From NCBI RefSeq assembly GCF_963545075.1, contig NZ_CAUUHX010000002.1, positions 954-64,953 of the forward strand: DNA of 64,000 nucleotides, in the 5' to 3' direction. Position 1 is the first letter of the stretch, and every line of letters begins with the position of its first letter. The translations under genes and the position numbers were made by a program. The stretch comes from an uncultured Granulicatella sp. GTDB lineage: Bacteria; Bacillota; Bacilli; Lactobacillales; Aerococcaceae. Below, in pieces: positions 1-9,495 of this stretch. The notes beneath the pieces were generated by a model. It saw nothing but the letters and a program-made list of their open reading frames with translations, was not told the DNA's origin and did no database searches.

Positions 1-1
1 C

Positions 2-790
2 TAATTTAATATCTTTTGCATACTGATAAGTATTTTGATACCTTTTCCAATCCTCATGAATTTTTGGACTTATCTGAATTGAATTCACCGTCTCTTTATA
101 AATTTTTAATAATGAATACGAATTTCGTTTTAGAGATGTTTGTATCAATGCTTCTAATAAATCAACTTTAGATATGTAACCAGCATGTAGTTTCCATATG
201 ATATATACATCATAAAAATCTCTTGATCGTGTCGTTTGATCCCCTCTTGATAAAATTGTTTCTAATTTTTCAGCTAAAACTGTTTCAAGATTGTATGCCA
301 ACACAGAAATTTTACTTTCACTGAACATCATCGGAAATTGATATTGTATTTCTTTTGGAGTAATTTGATCCCCTGTTGTAATATCAATTTTTAAAGGCGA
401 TGCAATCACTTCATAGTTAGCTATTAAATGAATTCTATACCCATTGTATTCATCATTTTCCCTAATTTCATGAATTGATTTTATTTCAAATTGAATATTA
501 TCTTCTATTGGTATATCTATAATTTCTTTAAACATTAACAATAAATGTTCTTCAGTTAAAGGTTGTCCCTTAATTGTTACATCCATATCCATTGTAGTAC
601 GTGTATCTAATCCGACAATTGATGCAATTAGAAATCCGCCTTTAAGAATTAAATGATTCTTGTAACTAGAATAAGAAATTCGTTCTAAAAAACGTTCTAG
701 AAAATAATTTTGTAACACTAGTTGAGCAGTTATTCCCTTATCTTTAGCAATATTTTTTACTATTGCTTTTAAAGACATTGCATTCTTCAT
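2..790 (-). CDS. AbiEii-family nucleotidyltransferase toxin (type IV TA); 3' end runs off the left window edge
   Basis: Absent from the ORF track because no stop lies in the window. My translation from ATG 790-788: MKNAMSLKAIVKNIAKDKGITAQLVLQNYFLERFLERISYSSYKNHLILKGGFL... ATGA start/stop overlap with the AbiEi ORF upstream. Confidence 0.75.
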   Translation of the reverse strand, partial: MKNAMSLKAIVKNIAKDKGITAQLVLQNYFLERFLERISYSSYKNHLILKGGFLIASIVGLDTRTTMDMDVTIKGQPLTEEHLLLMFKEIIDIPIEDNIQFEIKSIHEIRENDEYNGYRIHLIANYEVIASPLKIDITTGDQITPKEIQYQFPMMFSESKISVLAYNLETVLAEKLETILSRGDQTTRSRDFYDVYIIWKLHAGYISKVDLLEALIQTSLKRNSYSLLKIYKETVNSIQISPKIHEDWKRYQNTYQYAKDIKL

Positions 791-1377
791 AATAACACCT
801 CTAAATAGCTACTGACTTTTTCTTCTACTTTCATGATTTTTGAGTATTCTGATAACAATGGGATATTTTTATCTTTTCTTTTTACATATCGTTTAAATGC
901 TTCTGCTGTTATTCCTATTTCTACTCCACTTCTTAGTCTTAGAATATCGCATAATGTTCTTTCAGCATTGTATGCTATTACACTATTACCAGAAGGTGTT
1001 AAGATTTCTTCTTGTCCTAATTCATACAATTCATTTTTGGTTCGGCTAGCGATGACTCCTTCTTTTTTTACAGTAGTTAAATTATAATCTTCAGGAAATG
1101 TCATTGAATATTGGATTGGTGTTCTATCTGTTAAATCGTACAAATACAATGCTGTTTCTTTAGAATAAATTCCTTTTTTAAAACGTATCTGTAAATGTTG
1201 CATTTCATCTTCCCATATATGGGGAAAGATGTATATTCCTCTTGAAGTTCTTTCTAGTAATCCTTTATCAACTAATTTTTTTAAATATTGTCTTGCGATA
1301 CCATGTTGATCAATCATTTTAGAGGTTACAGTTCCATTATTCTTTTCAGCCATTTGTAAAATTATTTCTTCCGTCAT
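787..1377 (-). CDS. AbiEi-family antitoxin / transcriptional regulator (type IV TA)
   Basis: 196 aa. N-terminal wHTH-like segment MAEKNNGTVTSKMIDQHGIARQYLKKLVDKGLLERTSRGIY. Translationally coupled to the AbiEii ORF. Paralogue at 20312-20911. Confidence 0.8.
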   Translation of the reverse strand: MTEEIILQMAEKNNGTVTSKMIDQHGIARQYLKKLVDKGLLERTSRGIYIFPHIWEDEMQHLQIRFKKGIYSKETALYLYDLTDRTPIQYSMTFPEDYNLTTVKKEGVIASRTKNELYELGQEEILTPSGNSVIAYNAERTLCDILRLRSGVEIGITAEAFKRYVKRKDKNIPLLSEYSKIMKVEEKVSSYLEVLL

Positions 1378-1412
1378 GTTGAATCACCTACCTTTTACAT
1401 TTACACCCTCTA

Positions 1413-1441
1413 TTTTACAACTAAAGGGCATAATTGTAAAA
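1413..1441 (-). promoter_or_regulatory. Inverted repeat TTTTACAA-N13-TTGTAAAA upstream of AbiEi (candidate autoregulatory operator)
   Basis: Perfect 8-bp arms at 1413-1420 and 1434-1441, 36-64 nt upstream of the AbiEi start. AbiEi proteins are known autorepressors that bind inverted repeats. Confidence 0.45.
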
Positions 1442-1532
1442 TATTTAGTAATTTTCTTTTAGGTATAAAAGATAGAATCTCTACTGCTGCCGTCCTCACT
1501 GAAGCAATGGTAATTATTGCTTTTTTTGACGT

Positions 1533-1560
1533 AAAAAAAAGAGCAGACATTGTCTACTCT
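1533..1560 (-). terminator. Rho-independent terminator after yneF-like gene
   Basis: On the minus strand: AGAGTAGAC-AAT-GTCTGCTCT followed by T8. Confidence 0.7.
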
Positions 1561-1569
1561 TCTACTCAA

Positions 1570-1803
1570 TTATTTTTTAGCATTTTTCTTTGCTTGTGCT
1601 TTCATTGAAGCAGCAATTTGACGAACTTTTTGTTCGGATGGTTTTTGACCCATTTGAGTCATCATACTACGAATCATACTTTCATCAAATGGAGGATTTT
1701 CTAGAAAGTAATTCATCATTGTTTTACGTGCGATAAAGAATCCACCGATTGCTCCTAAGATAGCAGCTACAACGACGATTAAAATCCATACACCTGTACT
1801 CAT
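1570..1803 (-). CDS. yneF: UPF0154 (YneF-like) small membrane protein
   Basis: 77 aa. Single N-terminal TM segment (WILIVVVAAILGAIGGFFIARK), then MMNYFLENPPFDESMIRSMMTQMGQKPSEQKV, typical of the YneF family. Confidence 0.8.
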   Translation of the reverse strand: MSTGVWILIVVVAAILGAIGGFFIARKTMMNYFLENPPFDESMIRSMMTQMGQKPSEQKVRQIAASMKAQAKKNAKK

Positions 1804-1922
1804 GCAAGTTCTCTCCCTTCATTGATCTACATTGCTATTGTACTAAATTATAACAATAATGAAAAGGCTTTTTGAAAATTTTGTAAAATTTGTACTTTTC
1901 TTCGTTTCTTTTACTGTATATT

Positions 1923-2891
1923 TTATAATCCTTCTTCATCCATAATAATAGACATTTTCTCTGTATCCACCGTTACTTTTGCTCCAATAGTAATCGTAAA
2001 TAATGGTTGTGTATGTGCAAAGTCTAAGTCGTACATCACTGGGATTTGTTTTAAGACTGGATATTTGTCTAATATATACAATAATAATTCTTCAGTCATA
2101 CAACATTCTTTTGGGAATCTTCCGATTAGAACTGCTTTTGGATTCGGATAAGCTTGTAATAACGCTGCTAAATTTCGGTCAAAATCAAAGTAGTCGCTAT
2201 CCTCTGATTTCTCAATAAAAAAGGCATACTCCTCTGGAGTTGGAGCATAAGGAGTTCCTCTTAATAATGAAAAAGTTGATAAGTTTCCACCAATTGCTGT
2301 AGCTGTAGCTGTAGCTTTACCATGATTGTATATTTTCCATTTTGTCGGTTGAAACGTTAATGTTGCATCTGGTAAATACCATGCATTACTACCCCATTTT
2401 TCACTTGGTGTTAATTCATAGTGTGTATGACTTATTGCTTTAAGCCATGATGCAGTTTGATATTCTTGGAGTTCCTTCATTTTAAAGCTTGTATAAGAAG
2501 GTCCCATATAGGTCAACATGCCTGTTTTTGCATAGATTGCATTTAAAATAGCAGTTGTATCGGAATATCCGCAAATAATTTTAGGATGTTTGGCGATTAA
2601 TTCATAGTCTAAATACGGAAGTAATTCATTCGAATTAAATCCTCCAATAGTTGCTAGAATGACATCTACTGAAGGATCTAAAAAGGCTTCATGTAAATCC
2701 TCAACACGGCTCTGAATACTTGCGGAACCAAGAATATCATTTTCAAAATAATGCTTGGAATAAGACAGTTTAAATCCTAATTCTTCTAATCTTTCTTTAG
2801 CATCCCTATTCGCTTCAAATCCTCCAACTCTTTCAATCGATGAAGAAGGACTAAGTACACGAATATGCATACCTTTTTCTAATTTTTTCAT
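1923..2891 (-). CDS. LD-carboxypeptidase / MccF-like peptidase S66
   Basis: 322 aa. HIRVLSPSS N-terminus and a GYSDTTAILNA serine nucleophile motif characteristic of S66. Confidence 0.8.
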   Translation of the reverse strand: MKKLEKGMHIRVLSPSSSIERVGGFEANRDAKERLEELGFKLSYSKHYFENDILGSASIQSRVEDLHEAFLDPSVDVILATIGGFNSNELLPYLDYELIAKHPKIICGYSDTTAILNAIYAKTGMLTYMGPSYTSFKMKELQEYQTASWLKAISHTHYELTPSEKWGSNAWYLPDATLTFQPTKWKIYNHGKATATATAIGGNLSTFSLLRGTPYAPTPEEYAFFIEKSEDSDYFDFDRNLAALLQAYPNPKAVLIGRFPKECCMTEELLLYILDKYPVLKQIPVMYDLDFAHTQPLFTITIGAKVTVDTEKMSIIMDEEGL

Positions 2892-2900
2892 ACAATCACC

Positions 2901-3404
2901 TCATTCTAATTCAAACATTGGGTAAATATTCATTACATTTTCACCACGTAAAAACGGAATAAGTCCTTGAATAATGTAACTTGGAAATACTGAAGGATAA
3001 AACTTTCCTTGTTCCAAAGCTTGTACTATCTGTAAGAAATCTTGCTCCGTATAGGGTGGAACTAACATAAATGGTGGCATAATAAATTGGAAGTCATTCA
3101 AATCCACAAACATTGGATTATAAATTCTTGGGAAATCAACTTCAATAATGACATAATCATCAGATAAAAATCTCTTCCATAATCCTTTAACGGCGTCTTT
3201 ATGTTCTCTCATATAAGTTACAAATTCTTCATAGGTCTTGAAAAATGAAACACCTGTTTCTGTTCCTCTTGCAAAGGCAAATAATACTCCTTCTAATTCA
3301 ATATCATTCAATCGATTAAAGGAATCTGTTATAAAGTCATATAACTCCGTCATTTCTTCGTTGCCTTGTACATATTCACTTAATTGACGTTTCGGAATAT
3401 ACAT
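2901..3404 (-). CDS. Hypothetical protein
   Basis: 167-aa ORF, 10 nt upstream of the S66 peptidase gene. No motif recognised. Confidence 0.5.
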   Translation of the reverse strand: MYIPKRQLSEYVQGNEEMTELYDFITDSFNRLNDIELEGVLFAFARGTETGVSFFKTYEEFVTYMREHKDAVKGLWKRFLSDDYVIIEVDFPRIYNPMFVDLNDFQFIMPPFMLVPPYTEQDFLQIVQALEQGKFYPSVFPSYIIQGLIPFLRGENVMNIYPMFELE

Positions 3405-3590
3405 CCCTGTTTCCTGAATTGATTTTAAAATTTCTCTTTTTTGAATGGTCTAAAATTTATACGTCATTTATTTCTCCTATTCTTATTAGTAGTACTTTTA
3501 TATTTTTTTAGTAAATAGTTTTACTGTCTAGTTCTAAGTAGAAGCATTCTCGATGATCACGTTAACGAACCTTCTTTTAAACAATTGGGT

Positions 3591-4073
3591 TTACAACTCA
3601 ATAACGTGAGGTTCATATCCAATTACTTTTAAGAAGGTAAATAAATCTTCCGTATTGACAAAAATCGTCTTCTCATTTGTATTTGGATGGAAGCTCATTC
3701 GTTCTTCAGATACGATTTCTTGATCAAAAAAGACTTGAATATCTTTGTCTTCATTATTTAATAAGCCAAATGGAGATACTACTCCTGGTGGGAGCATCAT
3801 TTTGTCGTTTAGAGTTTCTGCTGATGCCATTTTAATTTGCTTTTCTTCCACGATATCTTTAAATACATCCATATCTAAACGTTTTGCATCATCCATAATG
3901 ACTAAATAAAAATTTCTTTTCTTTTTATTCGTTAAGAACATCGTTTTAGTACGAACACCTTCAATGCCTTCGATAAAACTGTCAGCTTGTTCCGTTGTTA
4001 GAGCAGGTTCATGTTCCACAATTTGAAATGGAATGCCTAATTCATTTAATTGATCTACTACTTTTTGATACAT
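3591..4073 (-). CDS. YbaK/ProX-type aminoacyl-tRNA deacylase domain protein
   Basis: 160 aa. The N-terminus LNELGIPFQIVEHEPALTTEQADSF and overall size resemble prolyl-tRNA editing (YbaK/EbsC) proteins. Confidence 0.65.
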   Translation of the reverse strand: MYQKVVDQLNELGIPFQIVEHEPALTTEQADSFIEGIEGVRTKTMFLTNKKKRNFYLVIMDDAKRLDMDVFKDIVEEKQIKMASAETLNDKMMLPPGVVSPFGLLNNEDKDIQVFFDQEIVSEERMSFHPNTNEKTIFVNTEDLFTFLKVIGYEPHVIEL

Positions 4074-4202
4074 ATAAAAGACCCCTTATTGATTGTTTTC
4101 TTTATTATAAACTCTTAGTATACTGCTTTTCAATGTATACTACTATGCAGATGAACTAAATCATGTTATGATGAGAAAAAATTCACATAGGAAAGTGGTT
4201 AT

Positions 4203-5300
4203 ATGACAAAAAAAGCAATTTTACTAATGACCTTTGGGTCACCTGAAGGATATACTTTTGAAGATATCGCAAGATTTTTTACAAATATTAGACGTGGCGT
4301 TCGACCAACGGATCAAGAAATCCAACATTTACATGACAATTACCAAAAAATTGGTGGAAGTCCCTTACAAGAAATTTCAAAACAGCAAGCAGCAAAATTA
4401 CAAGAACGAGTACAAGGAGAATATACCGTCTATTTTGCCAATAAATTCTCTTCTCCATTCGTTCCTGAAGTCGTTAGACAAATGGAACAAGACGGAATCG
4501 AAGAATGCCTCTGCTTAGCGCTTGAACCGCACTACTCTTACTACTCCATTTATGGATATGAAAAATTTATCGAAAGCAAAACTATTCCTTTCCACATAGT
4601 AAAAGATTGGTATCATAATCCAAACCTACTACAATTTTGGGAACAGGAAATTAAAAAGATTTTAACCGAAGAAGTCAAAGATGACACTTTTAAAGTATTC
4701 TTCTCCGCACATAGCGTACCCGTTATTGCATTGGAATTCGAAGATCCTTATATCGACCAAATTTATAAGAATGGGCAAATCATTGCAGAAAGATTAGGGT
4801 TAGAAAAACATCAGTATACTCATACATGGCAAAGCGAAAGTGATATTGGACTACCATGGATGAAACCGGATGTATTAGAATACTTACGAGAACAAACGGA
4901 ACATCCTGAACATTATATTTTCATTCCAATTAGCTTTATTAGCGAACATATTGAAGTCTTATATGACAATGATATTGAATGTAAGGACTTATGTGATGAA
5001 TTTGGTATACACTATCACAGACCACCAATGCCGGATGCTCATCCACTATTAGTAGAAGCCTTATACGAAACGGTTCGAGCGCACGAAACAGAATGCTTCA
5101 CTCTTAAAACAAATGAGGAAGAAACACTAGATGAAATGTTACCACCGGAAACCTCAAAAGACATTCTAGAACAAGAATCTGATATTCAAATGCCGGAATT
5201 CGTGAAGAAATTAATCGCTAAAAAAGGCAGAGAGAATGTAAAAATGCCGGAATTCGTCAAACGAATGTTAGAACAACGAGCGAAACAGAAAAAACAATAA
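4203..5300 (+). CDS. hemH: Ferrochelatase (coproporphyrin ferrochelatase type) with an unusual C-terminal extension
   Basis: 365 aa. [10 protein letters not shown]-terminus, FSAHSVP and [13 protein letters not shown] motifs. About 55 extra C-terminal residues carry a tandem MPEFVK repeat. Confidence 0.85.
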   Translation: MTKKAILLMTFGSPEGYTFEDIARFFTNIRRGVRPTDQEIQHLHDNYQKIGGSPLQEISKQQAAKLQERVQGEYTVYFANKFSSPFVPEVVRQMEQDGIEECLCLALEPHYSYYSIYGYEKFIESKTIPFHIVKDWYHNPNLLQFWEQEIKKILTEEVKDDTFKVFFSAHSVPVIALEFEDPYIDQIYKNGQIIAERLGLEKHQYTHTWQSESDIGLPWMKPDVLEYLREQTEHPEHYIFIPISFISEHIEVLYDNDIECKDLCDEFGIHYHRPPMPDAHPLLVEALYETVRAHETECFTLKTNEEETLDEMLPPETSKDILEQESDIQMPEFVKKLIAKKGRENVKMPEFVKRMLEQRAKQKKQ

Positions 5301-5309
5301 GACAGAAAG

Positions 5310-5352
5310 AACCCTGCACCCAAAACTCTATACTTTTGGGTGCAGGGTTTAA
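5310..5352. terminator. Bidirectional terminator between hemH and the convergent glycosylase gene
   Basis: AACCCTGCACCC-N16-GGGTGCAGGGTT, a 12-bp stem, followed by TTT on the plus strand. Confidence 0.7.
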
Positions 5353-5357
5353 TTAAT

Positions 5358-5726
5358 CTATAGGTCTATTTCAATCCCTTTTAGTCGTAAATTCTCAATA
5401 CATTCCTGTAAGTATACTTCATTATGCTCTTTATAAATTGGTGTATTTATTTCCATTTCCTCAAGATTATCGTAGCTTTCTGCAATCTTTCCACGATAAT
5501 TCTTATCTCCCCACTCAGTTGCTACTTTGTAGCCTCTACGAGTCATCTCATCCATAATGAATGTATGATAGCAAAATAGGTGATAAGGAGAATATAAAAA
5601 TACATAATCGACTGTTTTATGTTTCTTATTCCAACCATTTCCCCTAAGTGCACAACATTCTCTATGTTGACCTAATAATTGATTTTTAGGTAATTTTGGT
5701 ATCATTTGCTCATGCCATAATCTCAT
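5358..5726 (-). CDS. Pyrimidine dimer DNA glycosylase (DenV / endonuclease V-like)
   Basis: 122 aa. The MRLWHEQMIPKLPKNQLLGQHRECCALRGNGW N-terminus is diagnostic for this family. Confidence 0.8.
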   Translation of the reverse strand: MRLWHEQMIPKLPKNQLLGQHRECCALRGNGWNKKHKTVDYVFLYSPYHLFCYHTFIMDEMTRRGYKVATEWGDKNYRGKIAESYDNLEEMEINTPIYKEHNEVYLQECIENLRLKGIEIDL

Positions 5727-6114
5727 CTTTTTCTCCTGTTATTAACGTTGATTGTTGTAAATAGTGATTGGGGTATTTCTCTAATAAAGTATGGATATAA
5801 TGAATGATAGAACTTTGATCACTTTCTCCAGTTCTATACTCCTCTAGTAAACGAAACAATTCTTCTTTTTCGATATTTTCAGCTGTATTTTTAAAATAGC
5901 CCCATACATGAAGAATTGCATTATGAAAGTCCTTTTTACTTTCTTGTATTTCATTCACTTGTCTGATTTTTTGAAGTAACACATTTAAGTCAACTTCCGA
6001 TTCTTTTAAATATTCTCTGATTTCCAAATAAACTTTATGGGATTTACTCAGCACGTAATATTTATTTCTTGCCCATAGCTGTTCACATTGTTTTCTGATA
6101 TGTTTTTGATTCAC
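5710..6114 (-). CDS. DUF1722 (YbgA-like) protein
   Basis: 134 aa. Overlaps the glycosylase gene by 17 nt. QLWARNKYYVLSKS...YL segment. DUF1722 is commonly paired with this glycosylase family. Confidence 0.6.
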   Translation of the reverse strand: MNQKHIRKQCEQLWARNKYYVLSKSHKVYLEIREYLKESEVDLNVLLQKIRQVNEIQESKKDFHNAILHVWGYFKNTAENIEKEELFRLLEEYRTGESDQSSIIHYIHTLLEKYPNHYLQQSTLITGEKDEIMA

Positions 6115-6233
6115 TTTACACCTTCTTTTAAACTAGAAAATAATCTAGCGGATGACTTCTTGCATCATTATAGCATTGAAAGTAGGATTCACGAAATTTA
6201 TGAACTTTTTTATATAATTATTTCTGATTTAAC

Positions 6234-6273
6234 AAAAAACTCGCCCAATCGTATGATGCTACGATTGGGCGAG
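6234..6273 (-). terminator. Terminator after the PHP-ATPase gene; approximate left edge of the AT-rich island
   Basis: Minus strand: CTCGCCCAATCG-N10-CGATTGGGCGAG followed by TTTTTTG. Confidence 0.7.
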
Positions 6274-6370
6274 TTTTTCAATAATAGTCATTTAATTTAT
6301 ACTTTTTATGGAGAAGAAGATGAAATCAAGATAATATCTAAAACTATTTTTAATACATTAGAATTACTAC

Positions 6371-8962
6371 TCAATTAGAAAAATTATACTTATTCTCTCT
6401 ATTTTTAAATGCGTCTTCTCCTCCCTCTAATATTTCACATACATGAGTTCTAATACTTTGTTTTTGAAGTAAATATTCAGAGTCAGATATACTAATATCA
6501 TTTTCTAAAGAACCATTTACATAATCAAATTTTTCTCCATCTTGATTTGGTGATTCATCAGAATGTTGGTTAGCAATAATAATATTTTCAGCATCCCCAG
6601 ATACAACTAAGTTTGGATTATGAGTAACTATTATTATTTGACGTTTTAATTTAGTTTCCTTTATATATTTTGTCAACTCATTATAAATAGCTCTATTATC
6701 TAAATTATCTTCTGGTTGGTCAATCAAAACAGGAACTTTGCTATCTGAAAACTCTAAAATCAACTTTAAAACAATGAAAGCTTTTTTACCTGGAGACATT
6801 TGTCTAAATTTGTCCCCTTGATACTCAATCTCAAATTGATAATCAAAGAAATTGGTAGTGAAAAATTTTTCGATATGATGTAATTTATTTTTATTATTTT
6901 TAAATGTTAAAGACTCATCTTCAAATATTGAAGGTATAATATTATCAAAATCACCAATTATTTTATCAAAAAAATTTTGTTTCGAATGACCTCGAGAATC
7001 AATATAGTCAAATTCACTGTCTAAATCTTTTAAAGAGAAGTTAATAGAAATTTTCAAGTTATCCCCATCTTCTATTTTGAATGAATTGGATAGTTCAGAT
7101 CTATACCTAGTATACTCTTTATACTTTGTGATTAAATCCGTTCTAATTTGCTTATTTTCTTTATGAAGTTGTTCTAACCTAGATTCGTATTCATTAATCT
7201 TTTGTAACATATCGTTTTCTTTTTCTATTAAAGAATCCAACTTAGCTATTTCTGAATTTGTCTTTGTTGCCTCTAGACATTTTTTATAAATATCATTATT
7301 TTCAATTTGTAAAATTTCTTGTTCTGTTTTTTGTTTCAATCCCTCTAATTGTAACTTAGCTACCCTAATTTCGTGTTTTTGTTGTGCCCTGACATTATTA
7401 TATAAACGTTCGATAATTTCACCTAGTTTTATACGTAAGCCTACAGAGGGAGATAGTGATTTATCATAACTTTTTAAATCAAAAGTAATAGGCGGAATTG
7501 AGTTAATATACAGTATGTCAGACTCATGATTAATCATTTCTGATTGTAAACGAATCAATTCCGTATTTTTAAGTTCAAAAATATTTCTTTCTTCATCAGT
7601 TATTTTACTATCTTTTAATAACTCTTGTTTCTTAAGTTGATAATCTCTTATCCGATTTTCTGTACCTTGCTTATCTGCTTCAGGTTTTATCAACTCAGAA
7701 TTAGATTTTATGTTAGAAAAATAATTTCGTAGTAAATCACTAATTTCTACCTGTAAATTATTACATTTATTCTCATAATTCTTTAAGTCAAAATCTCTTT
7801 CCTTTGAGCGAATTATATCACTCAATAGATTATTTAATTTACTATTATTTCTAGATAAAGTGAACATATATTCTTGAGGTATATATTCAATTTTCCTTGA
7901 ATTATCTTCTTGTCCATCTCTCCATAAAACATGAAAATCATCTAGATTTTCAAAAGAAAACATACCATCCTCTATACTTCTTCCTAATTTTTTAGCAATA
8001 GAATTTAATAAAGTTGATTTACCAGTTGAACGACCACCAATAATTGTATTCAAATACTCTGAGAGGTAGATATCTTTATTTTTAAAATGAATTCTATCAA
8101 TTATCAATTCATCTTTTTCATGGCAAGGCTTTTCTTTTTCAATACTAATGCGGTACTCAGGTTCAAATTTTATTTGTTTTAAGCCTTCAAAAGTTAAATC
8201 CGCTTTTATCCAAGAGTACTTAGTACCGATTTGTTCAAGCGAATGAGCATCAGATGATTGAAGAACTGGTCTAACATATTTAGAACGTTTAAGCCAATAT
8301 TCTCTATCTTTTTCAAGGTTATTATGCTTACATTTTTTATCATTACAAGATGAAGCATCATTACAACTTGAATGAATTACAAAGTCTGAGTTAAGACAAA
8401 TTTGCTCATACACAGCCATATTTTTAGGGTCAGAGTCACTAGTAGCACTTCCATGGCCTCTTGACAGAAAACCTTTCAAATAACGTCCATTTAGCTCTTC
8501 ATCAGATTCTAAAGATTCAATTAATTTTTCAAAAGAGGTATTTGCGAATTGCTCAATTTCAGAAGAGGTAAGGTTATTAAATGCCTTCTCTTTGGCACCT
8601 ATATTGGCTTTTAGTTGCCCAAGCAAATTTTTTATAATCTTATCAGGTAGTTTATTATCAAATATTATATGATAATCAAAGAAATGACCAGATTTATTGA
8701 TATTGGATAACCTTAATTCAAGATTCAAAAATGTGACTATTCCTTCTTGTTCCAACTTGCTTTTTAAGCTAAAATCTTCATCATTAAAATTGAAATAATT
8801 TGTTAATCCTATTGCTGAAATACCTGCATTTTTTATATTTTCAATAAACTTATCTACATTCGGTTCTCCTCCTGACAGCTTTTCAAATTGATTATTAACT
8901 ACTGTAAAGGGCGAATGTATATGTAGATCCCATTTTCTAAACTCCGAACCTCTTTGAATCAT
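6371..8962 (-). CDS. PHP-domain phosphoesterase fused to a Rad50/SMC-like ABC ATPase (Ppl-like / TrlF-like single-gene defence candidate)
   Basis: 863 aa. PHP motifs WDLHIHSPF and SSDAHS. Walker A GGRSTGKST at about residue 312. About 400 aa of heptad-like coiled coil. ABC signature-like QMSPGKKAF, Walker B VLIDQPEDNLD and H-loop VTHNPN. Confidence 0.7.
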   Translation of the reverse strand: MIQRGSEFRKWDLHIHSPFTVVNNQFEKLSGGEPNVDKFIENIKNAGISAIGLTNYFNFNDEDFSLKSKLEQEGIVTFLNLELRLSNINKSGHFFDYHIIFDNKLPDKIIKNLLGQLKANIGAKEKAFNNLTSSEIEQFANTSFEKLIESLESDEELNGRYLKGFLSRGHGSATSDSDPKNMAVYEQICLNSDFVIHSSCNDASSCNDKKCKHNNLEKDREYWLKRSKYVRPVLQSSDAHSLEQIGTKYSWIKADLTFEGLKQIKFEPEYRISIEKEKPCHEKDELIIDRIHFKNKDIYLSEYLNTIIGGRSTGKSTLLNSIAKKLGRSIEDGMFSFENLDDFHVLWRDGQEDNSRKIEYIPQEYMFTLSRNNSKLNNLLSDIIRSKERDFDLKNYENKCNNLQVEISDLLRNYFSNIKSNSELIKPEADKQGTENRIRDYQLKKQELLKDSKITDEERNIFELKNTELIRLQSEMINHESDILYINSIPPITFDLKSYDKSLSPSVGLRIKLGEIIERLYNNVRAQQKHEIRVAKLQLEGLKQKTEQEILQIENNDIYKKCLEATKTNSEIAKLDSLIEKENDMLQKINEYESRLEQLHKENKQIRTDLITKYKEYTRYRSELSNSFKIEDGDNLKISINFSLKDLDSEFDYIDSRGHSKQNFFDKIIGDFDNIIPSIFEDESLTFKNNKNKLHHIEKFFTTNFFDYQFEIEYQGDKFRQMSPGKKAFIVLKLILEFSDSKVPVLIDQPEDNLDNRAIYNELTKYIKETKLKRQIIIVTHNPNLVVSGDAENIIIANQHSDESPNQDGEKFDYVNGSLENDISISDSEYLLQKQSIRTHVCEILEGGEDAFKNRENKYNFSN

Positions 8963-9433
8963 AAACTAAAAACTCCTCTCTCATCCTAGAATTCTTTCAT
9001 AATATTTTTTCACTATCCTTTTTATTTTAAATGTTTATTTATGAAACTTACAAACTGGCCTCACTATAAAACACTCTAAAAAGACAGTTTCAAGTATTAA
9101 TTTTATAATTTTTTAGAGTCTTACTTATCTTGAAAAGCTAGAATACGTTAAATATCATTGATTAATACATTTTTACAAGGTTAATTTATTTCTTTTTTAT
9201 ATTTTAGATTCCTATATCTTCCTTTTTTAGTTCTTACTTATGAATCGTTTGTAAACTCACTCCCGTTATCTGCTTAAATAATTCTAATAGTAAGTACAAA
9301 TTTTTCTTTTTCATTTACTTACAATCTTAATTATACTCTTTAAATTAAATAATACTAGATTTTTTAGTGACTATTCCTATTTCTTGTATATCGTCATCAT
9401 TCCATTTTTTATTTAACTTCTTATAAAAGAGAA

Positions 9434-9465
9434 TAAAAAAATCGACCTAAAATCTTAAGTCGATT
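9434..9465 (-). terminator. Terminator after the 3-gene helicase/MTase cassette
   Basis: Minus strand: ATCGAC-N12-GTCGAT followed by T7-8, 30 nt after the stop at 9496. Confidence 0.65.
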
Positions 9466-9495
9466 CTTATCACAATAACTTATTGAGTTTAAACA

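Noticed and set aside
1481-1500. A 12-nt match (CTGCTGCCGTCC) to the repeat-family core, upstream of AbiEi
   Set aside because: It is an isolated short match with no flanking termini or hairpins. It could be a decayed fragment or chance.
6088-6378. 96-aa plus-strand ORF between the DUF1722 gene and the PHP-ATPase gene
   Set aside because: It crosses the terminator hairpin at 6234-6273, overlaps the start of the DUF1722 gene in antisense, and has no RBS.
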